Of a stretch of DNA of 64,000 bases, positions 36,382-49,902 are shown in pieces. The first letter of the stretch is position 1, and every line of letters begins with the position of its first letter. Below the pieces are notes generated by a model. The model saw only the letters and a list, made by a program, of their open reading frames with translations. It was not told where the DNA came from and ran no database searches. Made by a program: the position numbers and the translations under genes. Source of the stretch: Octopus sinensis (taxonomy: Eukaryota); the NCBI RefSeq assembly GCF_006345805.1, contig NC_043004.1, forward strand, positions 8,928,001-8,992,000. Direction: 5' to 3'.

Positions 36382-37034
36382 CATAAGTTGCGACATCCAC
36401 TGGTGCAGAGCTGTATCGGCCCCTTTTTGCCTTTCCTTTGGGTAACATGGATGGCGGGGAGGGGGAGGCTGGTATGCTTGGGTGATTGGTGGTCTTCCAT
36501 AAACAACCTTACTTCGGTGGAGAACTTTCTAGGTGCAATGCCATAGTCATTCATGTCCGAAGAGGGTCTTCACCATACACATACACACATACATACACAC
36601 AAACATACATACATACATACATACACACATACACACATACACACATACACATATACACACATACATACATACATACGTACGTACGTACGTACATACATAC
36701 ATACTTACACATTAACAGATATATATGTATGCATGTATGTATTGTACGTATGTATGCAGGTATGTCTGTATGACTGTATGTATGAATGTAAATATTATTT
36801 ATTGATGTACGTCTGTACGCATGTATAAGTACATTGATGTTTGTATACATTTATTTGAAACGGTATTGGAAACGGTATTCAGAAGTTTTGGAAGTGGAGT
36901 AACATGGTTTTAGTAATTTAAATACAGGGAAATATTTTTACGTTTTAAAATGTCAAGAAAAGTTGCATTTTAAAAATACTTTGTACTTTGTAAATGACTT
37001 TTGCTTTCATCTTTTAAATTATTACATATATAAC

Positions 37035-37090
<56 letters not shown>

Positions 37091-37599
37091 TATATATATA
37101 TATAGATATAACTTCATATATATATATATCTATATATATATATATATATATGTGCATTTATATGTGTATTTGTGTATGTGTATTTGTGTATATATGTGTA
37201 TTTGTGTTTATATGTGTATTTGTGTATATACATATATGTATATTTTCACTCAATCACCTTCCACATTTCTTTGTATATAAATACATATTCATATTATATT
37301 CATGTACATTATATTTACATACATACATGTAAATATAAATACATATATATATATATGTATATATATATATGCATGTATATCTGTATACATAGATGGTACA
37401 TACATATATGTATGTATGCATGCATGCATGCATATATGTATGTATGTATGCATGTATATGTATGTATATGTATTACACATAAATAGCTGTACGTATATTC
37501 GTTTCTATAAGTATATAAACATGCATGTGTATGTAATTCTATTACTAACAATTATATGAAAGTAGAGTGATATTAGTTGCAAGGATATAAAAAAATATT

Positions 37600-38520
37600 A
37601 CCAAAAAGGAAATATATAACAGAACTGAATCCCTTTCATCACGTTGGACTCTTCATTTTATCTCCAGACACCACTCAACTAATTTACAGCGGAAACAATC
37701 CATTAGCCATACTAAATCGGACATTGGGAAAAATTAATAAAATCATTTTTTTTTAGGTGTCTACAACAATTTCAGTAATCAATCTAGTGTCACAGCAACA
37801 ACTTTAGAGTAACTCATATACTGTGATAGAATGATTTAGAATACTCTTAAATAGAAACTAATGTAAATTTTCGCTATTCCATTACCAGGAAACTATCGCT
37901 CTATCATCTAAACTTTACTTGTGGACGCCGTAAGCTTCATCAGGTCTTTCATTGATATCAATGAAAAAGAAATTGAACTTCTAACGGCGGACGGGAAAAC
38001 GATTTTGCTGTATTATAGTGTTTGGAATTAAAATAATCTAAAATTCCTTTGAACGCCAACTATTCTACTGAGTTTAGTGATTTGGAGGAATTATTTACTT
38101 CAGATTTAAAAAATTACGTTCCTGCACGTTGAAAGAGACTTGTAATGAGATGGTGGCATACAAGTTCTGAAACATATTAATTACCGACAAATTTTTCCAG
38201 TTAAAATGAGTACAAAATCTGAGTAATTTTCAAACAATTTAAGTTAATTAGTAATCATAACATTACAGTTGCTAATACTTTAATAGTACAATAAGGTTGA
38301 ATAGATCTTTAAGTTATCCGTATAAGAAATTAAGAGAAAAACTCAATTATACCCATAGATTATAAAGTACCTCAAAACATTTATAAAAAAAAAATTAAAG
38401 ACACATCAGTGAGGCTAACTAAACTATTTGCAAACCAACTTACCTTTATTGATTCCAAAACTCTGTACAGCAAAATATGTTTTGCAAAGAAAGATATAAC
38501 GAGAAAATGATTTATTTAGG
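37600..38520 (+). mobile_element. Highly degenerate Penelope-like RT region
   Basis: Fragments NSTEFSDL (cf. DGAEICEL), DL**DGGI (cf. GLYRDDGL) and SVRLTKLFANQLTFIDSKTLY (cf. ISxRLSxLS..F..K..Y) in the expected order; many stops. Confidence 0.45.
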
Positions 38521-39254
38521 TGAAAGAAACATCCATTAAGAACTATAAAATAAGAAATAAAACAATAAGAAGTTAAACTCCGCCTTTAGTAAAATCGTAG
38601 CAACATCACCAGCGAGACACTTGTTTTAATAAACCTAATAAGCACACACACACACACACACACACATGCAGAAACATCTTAAGAACACCATTAAACTACA
38701 CACAAACACACGCGCATACATCCATATTTACATACATTATTTTCAAGTGAATACCATTTCAAAACTATTTTTGACATATTTGAAAAATATTTTAAAGTCA
38801 AAATGCCTTTAAAATATACGGTAAATATTTCGTAAAAGACCCATTCGTAACCTCGGTGTGAAACAGTTTTTTTACAGAGGTGTTTTTCGAGTGCATTCAA
38901 CATATCTCACCACCAAACATTTGGTTGCTATTTCTACTACACCCTGCTACCACATAATAGCTATTTGCGATAAAGGGCCCGAAATACCTGTACGGGGTAG
39001 CAGCGTGTGCAAGAAATAGCAGTCAAATATTTCCTTTTCTGGGAAAAGGAAACGTTTATGCGTGATTTTGATGTCGCATTCGTTGAAAGCATGCGAAATA
39101 ACCTGGAAAAGAAAAAGAAAAATCAACGAAACAAAATTCCGTTGCTGGGAAACTCGGAGTTTCCCGGTGATCCAATGATTCACTGGTAGTCTAGTATATA
39201 TATATATATATTATATATATATTATATATATATATATATATATACTGGACTACC

Positions 39255-39480
39255 CGTCTAGTAAATATATGTGTGTATATGTTTGTATATCTGCGTTTGT
39301 CTCCCACCATCGCTTGATAATCGATGTTGGTGTGTTTTCATCCCCGTAAATTAGCGGTTCGACATAAGAGACCGATAGAATACTAGTCTTACAAAGAATA
39401 AGTGCTGGGGTCGATTTGTTCGACTCAAGACGGTGCTCCAGCATGGCCGTAGTCAAATGACTGAAACAAAATAAAGGGAT
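39255..39480 (+). mobile_element. SINE family A body and tail
   Basis: gtttgtctcccaccatcgcttga..ggggtcgatttgttcgact..ggtgctccagcatggccg. Confidence 0.85.
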
Positions 39481-39542
39481 CGGCATACTCGCATAAATCG
39501 CTTTGCATATTTTATGTTCGCATTAAGATAATGAGTATAAAC

Positions 39543-39704
39543 GGCGCAGGCGTGGCTGTGTGATAAGAGGCTTGCTTCCAGACCACGTGGTTCCGGCTTC
39601 ATGTCATAGCGCGGCATCTTGCGCAAGGGTCTTCCACTATAGCATCGGTTGGACCAAAACCTTGTGAGTGGATTTGGTTGACGAAACTGAAGAAACCCGT
39701 CTTA

Positions 39705-39787
<83 letters not shown>

Positions 39788-39990
39788 GGTGTGTGTGAGT
39801 GTATATGTGTGTACCTTTGTCCCTCATCATCGCTTGACATTCGGTATTGGTGTGTTTATATCTCTGTAATTTAGCGGTTCGCCAAGAAACCGATGGAATA
39901 TTGGGCATAAAAAATAAATGATTACTGTAGTCGATTCATTTAGCTAAAAGAAATTTCGAGGCGGTGCCCCAGTATGGCCGCAGTCTCATG
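39543..39990 (+). mobile_element. SINE family A, full length, with internal (ATCT)n
   Basis: ggcgcaggcgtggctgtgtg head, (ATCT)n, body, ggcggtgccccagtatggccgcag tail. Confidence 0.85.
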
Positions 39991-40014
39991 ACTACAAGTA
40001 AAATAAGAAAGAAG

Positions 40015-40180
40015 TGGCTGTGTGGTAAGTAGCTTGCTAACGAACCACATGGTTCTGGGTTCAGTCCCACTGCGTGGCATCTTGGGCAAGTGTCATCTGC
40101 TATAGCCCCGGGCCGACCAATGCCTTGTGAATAGATTTGGTAGACGGAAACTGAAAGAAGCCTGTCGTATATATGTATAT

Positions 40181-40211
<31 letters not shown>

Positions 40212-40445
40212 GTGTGTATGTGTGTTTGTGTGTGTGTCTGTGTCCCTCTAGCATTGCTTGACAACCGATGCTGGTGTGTTTACGTCCCCGTCACTTAGCG
40301 GTTCGGCAAAAGAGACCGATAGAATAAGTACTGGGCTTACAAAGAATAAGTCCTGGGGTCGATTTGCTCGACTAAAGGCGGTGCTCCAGCATGGCCGCAG
40401 TCAAATTACTGAAACAAGTAAAAGAGTAAAAGAGTAAAAGAGTAA
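40015..40445 (+). mobile_element. SINE family A, well-preserved near-full-length copy
   Basis: gtggctgtgtggtaag..gggttcagtcccactgcgtggc..(TA)(TG) tract..ggcggtgctccagcatggccgcagtc..(AAAAGAGT)3. Confidence 0.9.
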
Positions 40446-40447
40446 TA

Positions 40448-42028
40448 CAGTGGCGGCCAAAATGTTCAGAACGGCATTGTTTTCGTCAGAAAAGTAGATA
40501 TAATTTTTTACCAAAGTTGTTTTATATTCTATAATTTTCACAGACAATAAATACAATATTATTTGTTATTGTCTGAGTTATGGATGATTTAGTGATTTAC
40601 TGCAAAACCCATGGCGGCCAAAAGGATCAGAACGGTTGCTTTTACTCCGTGTTTTAGTATATTTAACCGGCGAACTTAATGTTTTGAATTTGTTTACGTG
40701 ATGGTTCGTTTACTGAACATTAGTAAGAATATTTGCAGTGTACTTTGTTAATATAATGCCACTTACTCCGTTACCAATTCGTCAGCAGATTATTAAGCTT
40801 CGAAGGAAGGATAATTTAAGTATTGGATCTATTGCAAAGAGTGTTAACAAGTCAAAAAGTGTTGTACACGGTATTCTTAAGGTCTACGATGATTGTGGTT
40901 CGTGTGAAGCAAGAAAGTTTACAGGCAGACCAAGAAAAACGACCAAGAGAAAAGATCGTGCTATGGTAAAGTTGGTTAAAAAGAACAGATTTAAAACTGC
41001 TGCTGCTGTTTCTCGGAAAATGAGCATTGTATTGAAGAAAACTTTATCTCGAAAAACTGTGTCTCGTCGTTTAGTTGAACATGACCTACAAGCAAGAGCA
41101 CCTGATCAGCTCCAAGAATAAAAAGTGTCATTTTACCTTTGCAACCGAACATGTGTTGTGGTCTCAAGAAAAATGGCAAACGGTGCATTTCAGTGATGAA
41201 TCTAAGTTTATTTTATTTGGTTCAGATGGGAAAAGGTACGTTCGTAGAAAAGTAGGTGAAAAATTGTCGCCTAAATGCCTTAAGACTAGTGTTAAATTCG
41301 GTGGAGGAAGTGTCATGGTTTGGGGGATGATATCTGGAGGTGGTGTGGGCCCTTTGGTGCGATTACATGGAAAGGTAAATGCAGGAGTTTATAAACAACT
41401 TGTAAAAGATCATGTCTTGCCTGTGCTGAGAAATTCAACTAAGCGACCACCCATATTCATGCAGGACAATGCCCCATGTCACAAGGCTAAGGTGGTCATG
41501 AACTTCCTCAAGGCTGAAAAGGTTATTGTTATGGATTGGCCTGCTCAAAGCCCAGATCTCAATCCTATTGAAAATGCATGGAATATTCTAGGAGAACGTT
41601 CGAAAGCCAGAAATCCTATAACAACTAAGCAATTATGGAATGCCCTTCAGGAAGAATGGAATAAGATCACCCAGCAAGAAATTGAAAATTTAATTTCCTC
41701 ATGCAGTCGAAGATGTCAGAGTGTGATTGAAGCTAAAGGGCTTCACACTAAATATTAAATAATTCGAGTATTCTCTGTCATTTTTGATTATTTTGTTATT
41801 TTTTCCAACGTTCTGATCATTTTGGCCGCCATGGGTTTTGCAGTAAATCATTAAATCATCCATAACTTTTGTATTATCCTCTTAAATTACACCAAAATCT
41901 CAGGCAATAACAAATAATATTGTATTTATTGTCTATGAAAATTATAGAATATAAAAAAACTTTGATAAAAAATTATATCTACTTTTCTGACGAAAACAAT
42001 GCCGTTCTGAACATTTTGACCGCCACTG
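40448..42028 (+). mobile_element. Full-length Tc1-family DNA transposon with IR/DR ends (1581 bp)
   Basis: TA TSD at 40446-47 and 42029-30; TIRs 40448-40634 and 41809-42028 starting cagtggcgg(c/t)caaaatgttcagaacg; each TIR carries an inner repeat of the outer ~25-bp motif. Confidence 0.97.
40756..41758 (+). pseudogene. Tc1 transposase (DD34E), one frameshift at about 41103
   Basis: N-terminal 116 aa paired-like HTH with GRPRK (ORF 40738-41121); C-terminal 218 aa FSDESKF, QDNAPCH-(34 aa)-SPDLNPIEN (ORF 41075-41758); no internal stops otherwise. Confidence 0.95.
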
Positions 42029-42037
42029 TATATATTA

Positions 42038-42090
<53 letters not shown>

Positions 42091-42156
42091 TATAAATAAA
42101 ATAATATATATAAATATATATATATAATATATATTATATATATATATATATATAAC

Positions 42157-42199
<43 letters not shown>

Positions 42200-42953
42200 C
42201 TATTTATATATATATATTATATATATATATATATATAAACACCACATATGGTCATATGGATATGCCTATATATTTGGGAAACTGTGTAAACGGGTGTGTA
42301 TAAATACATGCATTTATGCACACTTATCTCTCTCTCTCGCTTTCTCTATGTATGTATCTTTGTATTGATAAACTCATATATTTATTTATGTCTGCTTTTG
42401 GGTCACAATTGTAGTAAATTGAAATAGTTATATTCTGTATATCTTTCTATTATATCCTGTACATACACATACACACACACGCACGCAATACATCTCTCTC
42501 TTTCTCTTTCTCTCTCTCTGTATATATAATATATTCATAAATATATATATGTGCACATTCTGTATATATTTCTATGTTGGCATGTTTGATATGATCTGCT
42601 AATGAAAATATACGGAAGTTTTTTCACAACATATGGCCAAGTTTGTTTATATAATTATAATTTAATGGTACAGCAGGTAAGTGTTGTACTCATTGTATAT
42701 ATTTACTTTACGGAGTTTACGGCATAATCGGATGTATTTATGCATTTATGCGCGCGTGCGCGTGCGTATGTGTGTATCTGTGTGTGTACATGTGTGTGTG
42801 CGTGCGCACGTGCGTATGTGCGGGTCTTTATATCATAAATCATATATATCTCATATCATTTATATATATATATACATGAATATATATTAATATATAAACA
42901 TCTATGTATATACATATGTATATATACATACATACATACATATATATATATAT

Positions 42954-43301
42954 AAATCCTTAAACCCTTAAAAATATTTCAGCCCGAAAGCTGTGGCCAT
43001 GTTGGGGCACCACCGTTGAATGTGCTACACTAGTATGTGAAACTACCTCTGATACGTGGCACTTGGTCAACAAGGGAATTCGACGCCGCTGCCCGCATCT
43101 GTGTTTCCTGCCGATGGGTAGGTTCATCTGGGACCCCTGACAAGAAGAGATCCAGTTTAGTTTTAAAGAAATCCACATCTACACCATGCAGGTCTCACAA
43201 GCATTTAGGAAGGATATTGAAGAGCTGTGGTCCCCTGAAACCCAAGCTGTTGCAGTATCTGGTCCTGTATTTTGATGGTGATGTTGGGATCTTTGTCTCC
43301 A

Positions 43302-43303
<2 letters not shown>
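42954..43303 (-). mobile_element. CR1-like LINE 3' end, 5'-truncated
   Basis: Reverse complement of about 15310-15661, including the tail. Confidence 0.85.
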
Positions 43304-43344
<41 letters not shown>

Positions 43345-43630
43345 CATGTATATATGTATGCATGCATGTATGTGTGTGTATGTGTATATATGTGACTAAA
43401 TAAGGGTACACCATGCCAACTGTGAAAAATGAATAAAATGACCTGAAATTAAAAGATTCACAAAGGTCATCTTTTGACAAGAACTCAGCAACATTTTTGA
43501 CCACTCCTAAAAAAATATTCCATTTCTTTATTCCTGACAGACTAATCACTTTCCACTACCTTTTTAAACTAAATTTTGTCTTCTCATCTACCTTTTTCTT
43601 TCCTTTTTCCCTTTTTTCTTTTTTTCTTCT

Positions 43631-43664
<34 letters not shown>

Positions 43665-44019
43665 CACACCACACACATACATTCGCGATTCTGTCCCTTA
43701 TAAATTCTATCTAATTGACAAATCAGTTGTCCAGTATATGAGAAACAGCGATAAGATGATATGATTAGATTTAAACTGTTGTAGCACTGTGAGACTGAAT
43801 GTGTATGAGTGTGCTCAGAGAGGTGCAATTCTCAGAGATATGTGATTTTTGTGTGTATTATGTATGAGAATATTGTCGTAAGTGCGAATTTAGAGCCATG
43901 CCTATATATAAACATAGAGGTGGATATATTGAGAGCGTAGGTTGTAAGAACGGTGGAGCTGGTGAACCAAGACCAACAACTTTCTGTGTGTATGTGTGTA
44001 TATATATATATAAATAAAG

Positions 44020-44056
<37 letters not shown>

Positions 44057-44752
44057 TATGTATATTTATGTGTATGGATGGATGGTGGATGGTAAAAGCT
44101 TCAACTAAAGACAATGTTATCTTCATAAAGTAAAACAGTCTGATGTTTAGTCAACACGAAACAGGGAGAAAGACAGAAACCAAGTTGGAGGGGGAGAGAT
44201 AGAGAGAGAGAGATAAAAAGAAAAAGTGAAAGAGAGAGAGAGTGAAAGAGTAGTCATAAGGAGAGAGAAAGGGGAAAGATGCAAGTGCCCACCAGGTAGA
44301 TCGAAATTGCGAAAGACACCAAACTTATTATCCTTCCTTCGGCTCCAGGATATAAGTTGGTAAAAACATGGTTAATCTTCGACAATGAAGTTGTTCCGTA
44401 TTTCCTTCCCCAATGTGGCATTTTAGCCATTATGGTGTTTCCGTGTATCACCAACCATGTCTTCTGTCCATTCGCAAAAACACAAAACTAACTAACTTCG
44501 ATGCGCTTTTCCTCCTCCCCTCCCCTACCCCTCCTCATCCTCATCCTCCACCTCCCCTCCACCGTTTCAGTGTTTCGTTTGGTCCGTTCCTTTCGTTTGT
44601 TTCGTTTGTTACTGCAATAATTTTTGCGTCGGTCGCAAAGATGCCTCTCGGGTCGAATGAAATTGCGAAATGGGAAACAAGAACACCACACCATAACACG
44701 GCCTCCGCCAAACAATAACAAGAACTCCATTTAATACTAGTAATAATGTTGT

Positions 44753-44783
<31 letters not shown>

Positions 44784-44847
44784 TTCGTCGTGTTGGTAGT
44801 GGTCGTCACCGTCATCATCAATATCATCATCATCATCATCATCATCA

Positions 44848-44887
<40 letters not shown>

Positions 44888-45061
44888 CATTATTATTATT
44901 AGTAGTAGTAGTGGTGTTGATGGTGGTAGTAGTATTAGTAAGATATTCAGTAAAGAGCTTTGAGGCAGTGTCAAAACTAAACTCTGAACACGGCTTATGT
45001 TAAATCGCTGACATATGAAGAGGAGCTGGCGCAAATTATGTCTTGTAAACTGTACAAAAAT

Positions 45062-45105
<44 letters not shown>

Positions 45106-45116
45106 GTGTGTGTGTT

Positions 45117-45153
<37 letters not shown>

Positions 45154-45179
45154 GCCATTCATTGATACAAATACAGTAT

Positions 45180-45279
45180 NNNNNNNNNNNNNNNNNNNNN
45201 NNNNNNNNNNNNNNNNNNNNNNNNNNNNNNNNNNNNNNNNNNNNNNNNNNNNNNNNNNNNNNNNNNNNNNNNNNNNNNN
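45180..45279. other. Assembly gap (100 N)
   Basis: Exactly 100 Ns, a typical placeholder for a gap of unknown size. Confidence 0.99.
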
Positions 45280-45523
45280 TGTATGGAGAGAGAGAGAGAG
45301 ATACGCACACACACTTACGTACATGAATGAATGAATATGTGTGTGTGTGTGTGTGTGTGTCTGTGTATATCGTTTGTATAAGTTAATGGAGAATATGTAC
45401 ATACGATATGTGTATGCGCGTGTAGATTTATACCCGTACACATGCATATATACATATACATACACACACACATATATGTATGCATATATATATATACATA
45501 CACTTACATGCATACATACATGT

Positions 45524-45573
<50 letters not shown>

Positions 45574-45574
45574 C

Positions 45575-45792
45575 TTTCAAAATGTGACCTCGTGTGTACC
45601 GTTGGCGATTTATTTTCCTCTGTCTTCCCTTCTCTGGATCTTTCCTTCTCCTATGTTTCCGACGAAGAGCTCCGCTCGAAACGTTGTACCCTCCTTCTTT
45701 CCTTCTTTCCTAAGCGTCCAATAATACTATATTTGTTCCACGTCCTCGCGTTGTTGTGTTTTTTTTGTGCTTTCTTGTTTGGATTAACTTTA
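45575..45792 (+). mobile_element. ~210-bp HHR-containing LTR-like monomer, copy 2
   Basis: Colinear with 18435-18648; core reads CCGACGA-A-GAGC-ucc-GCUC-GAAACGUU (U4 to C); (TA)n on both sides. Confidence 0.7.
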
Positions 45793-46339
45793 TATATATA
45801 TATGCACACACACGCACATATATACACACACATATGTATGCATACGGCTAGTGACACATGTAGATAGGCATATACATCTACTTGCATGTATATATATCTT
45901 CTATTCATGTATACATCCGAGCATAAACAGGAGTATATACAGGCTTGTGCTTTTATTCTGAATAATATTCGAAGAAGCTACAAGTTTTTCCACAAACAAT
46001 TTGCTTGAAAAGCCATGCTGGTGAACTTATAATGGGCAGCTTTCGATACCATTAGACCTCTATATTTTATGATAATTGACCGTTTGCTAACGCTGCACTG
46101 GAGATATCAATATTTTGTCTGTGTCGCCGTGTCTCAGTGTGTTTGTCAATAAGTGTCCATCCGGGCGTATGTTTGTGTATGAGAACGGGATTGTTTGTGC
46201 ACACACCGACTAGCATGCGCCCAAGCATATCTATTAGTGAAAATGCATTAGTATCTGCGTATTTACGTACACACAGACACGAGTGTCGGTGTGTGTATAT
46301 ATATATTATATATATATATATATACTTTATTTTAAGCAG

Positions 46340-46410
46340 CCAGAAAACTCAACAAAATCTGTTACTCTGAGTTTTCTCGTTGCCGTTCACTCAGACAGAA
46401 CGGGGTGAGT
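46340..46410 (-). mobile_element. Degenerate HHR/pLTR fragment of the 15.1-kb family
   Basis: Minus strand 46359-46398: cugu-CUGAguGA-ACG-gcaa-CGa-GAAA-ACUC-a-GAGU-A-acag. Confidence 0.5.
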
Positions 46411-46499
46411 ATATATATATATATCTATATATTATTATATATATATATATTATATATATATATATTATATATTACATTACAATGTATATATATGCATAC

Positions 46500-46543
<44 letters not shown>

Positions 46544-46696
46544 CATACACATATATATATACATACATACACGCATGCATACACACATACATACATGCAT
46601 ACATACATACATACATACATACATACACACACAGATATGTGTATATGTATATATGATAGGGCGGCTTTAAAGCTAGTATATATCTTTTAAGCAACT

Positions 46697-46800
46697 GACC
46701 CCGAATGGGAAGATCTGCAAATAGATCTCTGACTTGTTTTGGTGACTTTGTTGCAATTGCTTCCTCCAGAGTCATATCCCAATCATGATCACATTCGTCG
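46697..46800 (-). mobile_element. Helitron Rep/helicase fragment
   Basis: DHDWDMTLEEAIATKSPKQVRDLFA matches the Helitron motif DDxxWxxxLxEAxxxxSPxQLRxLFA. Confidence 0.55.
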
Positions 46801-47076
46801 CAAAATAATCATGTGAAAAAAAAAAAAGAAATCACCGCAAACAATCACAGAAATGAAAACTTAGGAATCATTAATTTCAGGATTGCGGGTTCGAATTCGG
46901 CCCCGAACGTTTCTTTCGAACAGAGAGCTCAGCACCGCCATCACGCACAAAGCAACATCTGCAGACTAGTTTCTGGGTTATTGCTCTTTATCAACACACA
47001 CGGCATTGCTGAATTCACCGTTCGAACATATAGTCTCCAAACCGCCACGCAGACACTGATGAAAAAGCAGAGAAAG

Positions 47077-47276
47077 ACATTCAGTAACAGTTTTTTAGAG
47101 TAAAGGCCACCTGCCAACACAATGAGGTTGTCCCATATAGGGACTCAGAGAGTGTGTCGTGTGTCCAGCTGGAAACGATGTTTCTTGGGGGTAAAAATAC
47201 AGTTACATCGTCCATTTCGGGACAGCCACAATGTGTTGGCAGATGGCCATTACTTTAGAGAACTGTTACTGAATGT
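47077..47276. mobile_element. MITE-like element with ~58-bp terminal inverted repeats
   Basis: 47077-47134 and 47219-47276 are reverse complements with about 8 mismatches; TA at the right end, GA at the left. Confidence 0.65.
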
Positions 47277-47316
47277 ATCGCTTTGATAGATTTAGAAATA
47301 ATAATATTTCTATTTG

Positions 47317-47358
<42 letters not shown>

Positions 47359-47371
47359 GTGGGTGATGTGA

Positions 47372-47420
<49 letters not shown>

Positions 47421-48760
47421 GTGGGTTGATGTGAGTATATATATATATATATATTATATATATATATAATATATATTATATATATTATATATATATCATT
47501 AAAGAATATATATACATACATATATACATACGGAAGAAGAGAGAGAAGAGGGAGGAGGTACAAAACTACATACATACATACATGCACACACGCATATATA
47601 TATATATATTTATACACACATATATACGTATACACACATATATACACATAATAGACATATGCTTATATATGTGTGCAAATGTATATGTAATTGGTATATG
47701 TATATATGTAATGTATAGTAATATATATATACATAGATATGCATGTACATCTGTGCCACACATCATATGTCGAAGTGATCGCAGAGCAACGTTAAATGAA
47801 GTGCATTGCTCAAGAACACCATGCGTCTCCTGGTCAGCAAACTGTACCCACGATCGCCAAATCGTGAGTACGACAACCTGACCCCTAATTCTCAATATAT
47901 GACTTGAAAGTTGTAGTTATATGCACCGCTGTTCCCTGCTCTGTCACTAAGAAGCTATCGAAAGAGTTCAAACTGTTATCTTACGTCACTGTTAACCTTT
48001 CACCTTTGCTATTTCGTTTCCTAATAAGACTACACACGTACACGTATATATACTCCTATCCACCCGAATAAATGTTTGTCTCTGTGTGTGTATATGTGCA
48101 TGTGTTTTGCTTAACTAGTTTTACTATTATTTTGAATATAATCGCTGGACAAAAGCGGGACACGTTTGGAAGTAAATAACAGCTTTCATTTATTATAAAT
48201 TGGTAATACTCTAGTATCTTTTAAAGCGCTTATTGAATTCTCTATCGAAGCATATACTTTGCTTTTTATCCTTCGGAATTACGCTCTTACCGGAACAGGG
48301 CTTCGTTCAATCGGCTGCAGACATTAACAGATTGAGAAGAAATATTTAATTACACTTTAATAACAAACGATAACTCAAAGGCAGAGATAAACTGCACTGG
48401 ATCACCAATTGGAGTCAATACGCTTATGTGTTTAAACATGATGTCGTTTTCATAGCCCTCATCTCATCTGTGTTTTACTGTTTTTGGGCGATATCACATT
48501 CTGTTACCAAACACCCAACTGCTTTAATCATTAAATATTGATCAGTTTTACAGAAACAGCATCGGTGATTTAGATATATGGATGAGGTTTCATCAGTATG
48601 AAACGCATCTGGCTTTCAGTTATGTTAGATCAATCATCAATATCTATAAATCTGAAATGCAACTATTTTTTTTCTCAAATGAAAGGCGTGACTGCAAGGA
48701 CAAAATTCCTCATCTTATAAAATGTGGTCCGAGTAGACCCGATTGAAATCGGATTATATT

Positions 48761-48963
<203 letters not shown>

Positions 48964-49192
48964 CACATGTATAAATACATATAGACCGAGTGAATATACG
49001 TACAAAGCGTCGGCCAAATTTACACCGAAGTAGCTGGAGTTTTGCACATTAGGTCTATTCAAAGAAAAGTTTGTAAACTTATTCTGGACAGAAAAATAAC
49101 AGCCCAGCTGACTGGTCTCAGACTTTTCAAATTAACCCTGACTTTTTCACTCATCTCTGTCAATATACTTATCTACATAATCTATCTATCTG

Positions 49193-49278
<86 letters not shown>

Positions 49279-49819
49279 AATCAGTCTGTCTCTCTGTCTG
49301 TCTGTATCTTTCAATTTTCGAGTCCGACTTAAACCAAGACTTCTAAAAAAGCAGTCCGTATACGAACCCAGTAAATGCACACTACTCGACAAATCTAAAT
49401 AAGATCAGAATCTATCCACGATTATCCAATATATATCCACAATCACACTTCTGGTTCATTACTAAAGCCATCGCCACCATTCACAAAGTCTTCTTTTTGT
49501 ATTTTCCTAATCTACGCCCTGAAAGACATAGCTTTGTCATTAAAGTCCTGCATTATTCCGATTGTCTATTTGTCCAACGTTGAGCCTGCAGCTACGACTT
49601 TATATTATCTCTGATTAGGAAATCCTTCTCTTTCTATCGACATCTCTCTCTCCCACTCCTCCCTCTCTCACTCTCTACCTATCTATTTTTCCCAGGCGCT
49701 TTTCTTGTCCCTTTTTTCCTCCTTTACTTTCCGAACTCTATCTTGCTTTCTCACTCTCACATTTTATTTCTTTATGTCCTCGAATTCTAAGAAACTCTCA
49801 AAATAAGTTTCCATTTGGG

Positions 49820-49902
<83 letters not shown>

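Noticed and set aside
39146-39164. Palindrome gggaaactc-g-gagtttccc as HHR stem III
   Set aside because: No CUGAnGA core upstream on either strand.
41075-41758. 227-aa ORF as a stand-alone intact gene
   Set aside because: It is the C-terminal part of the frameshifted Tc1 transposase.
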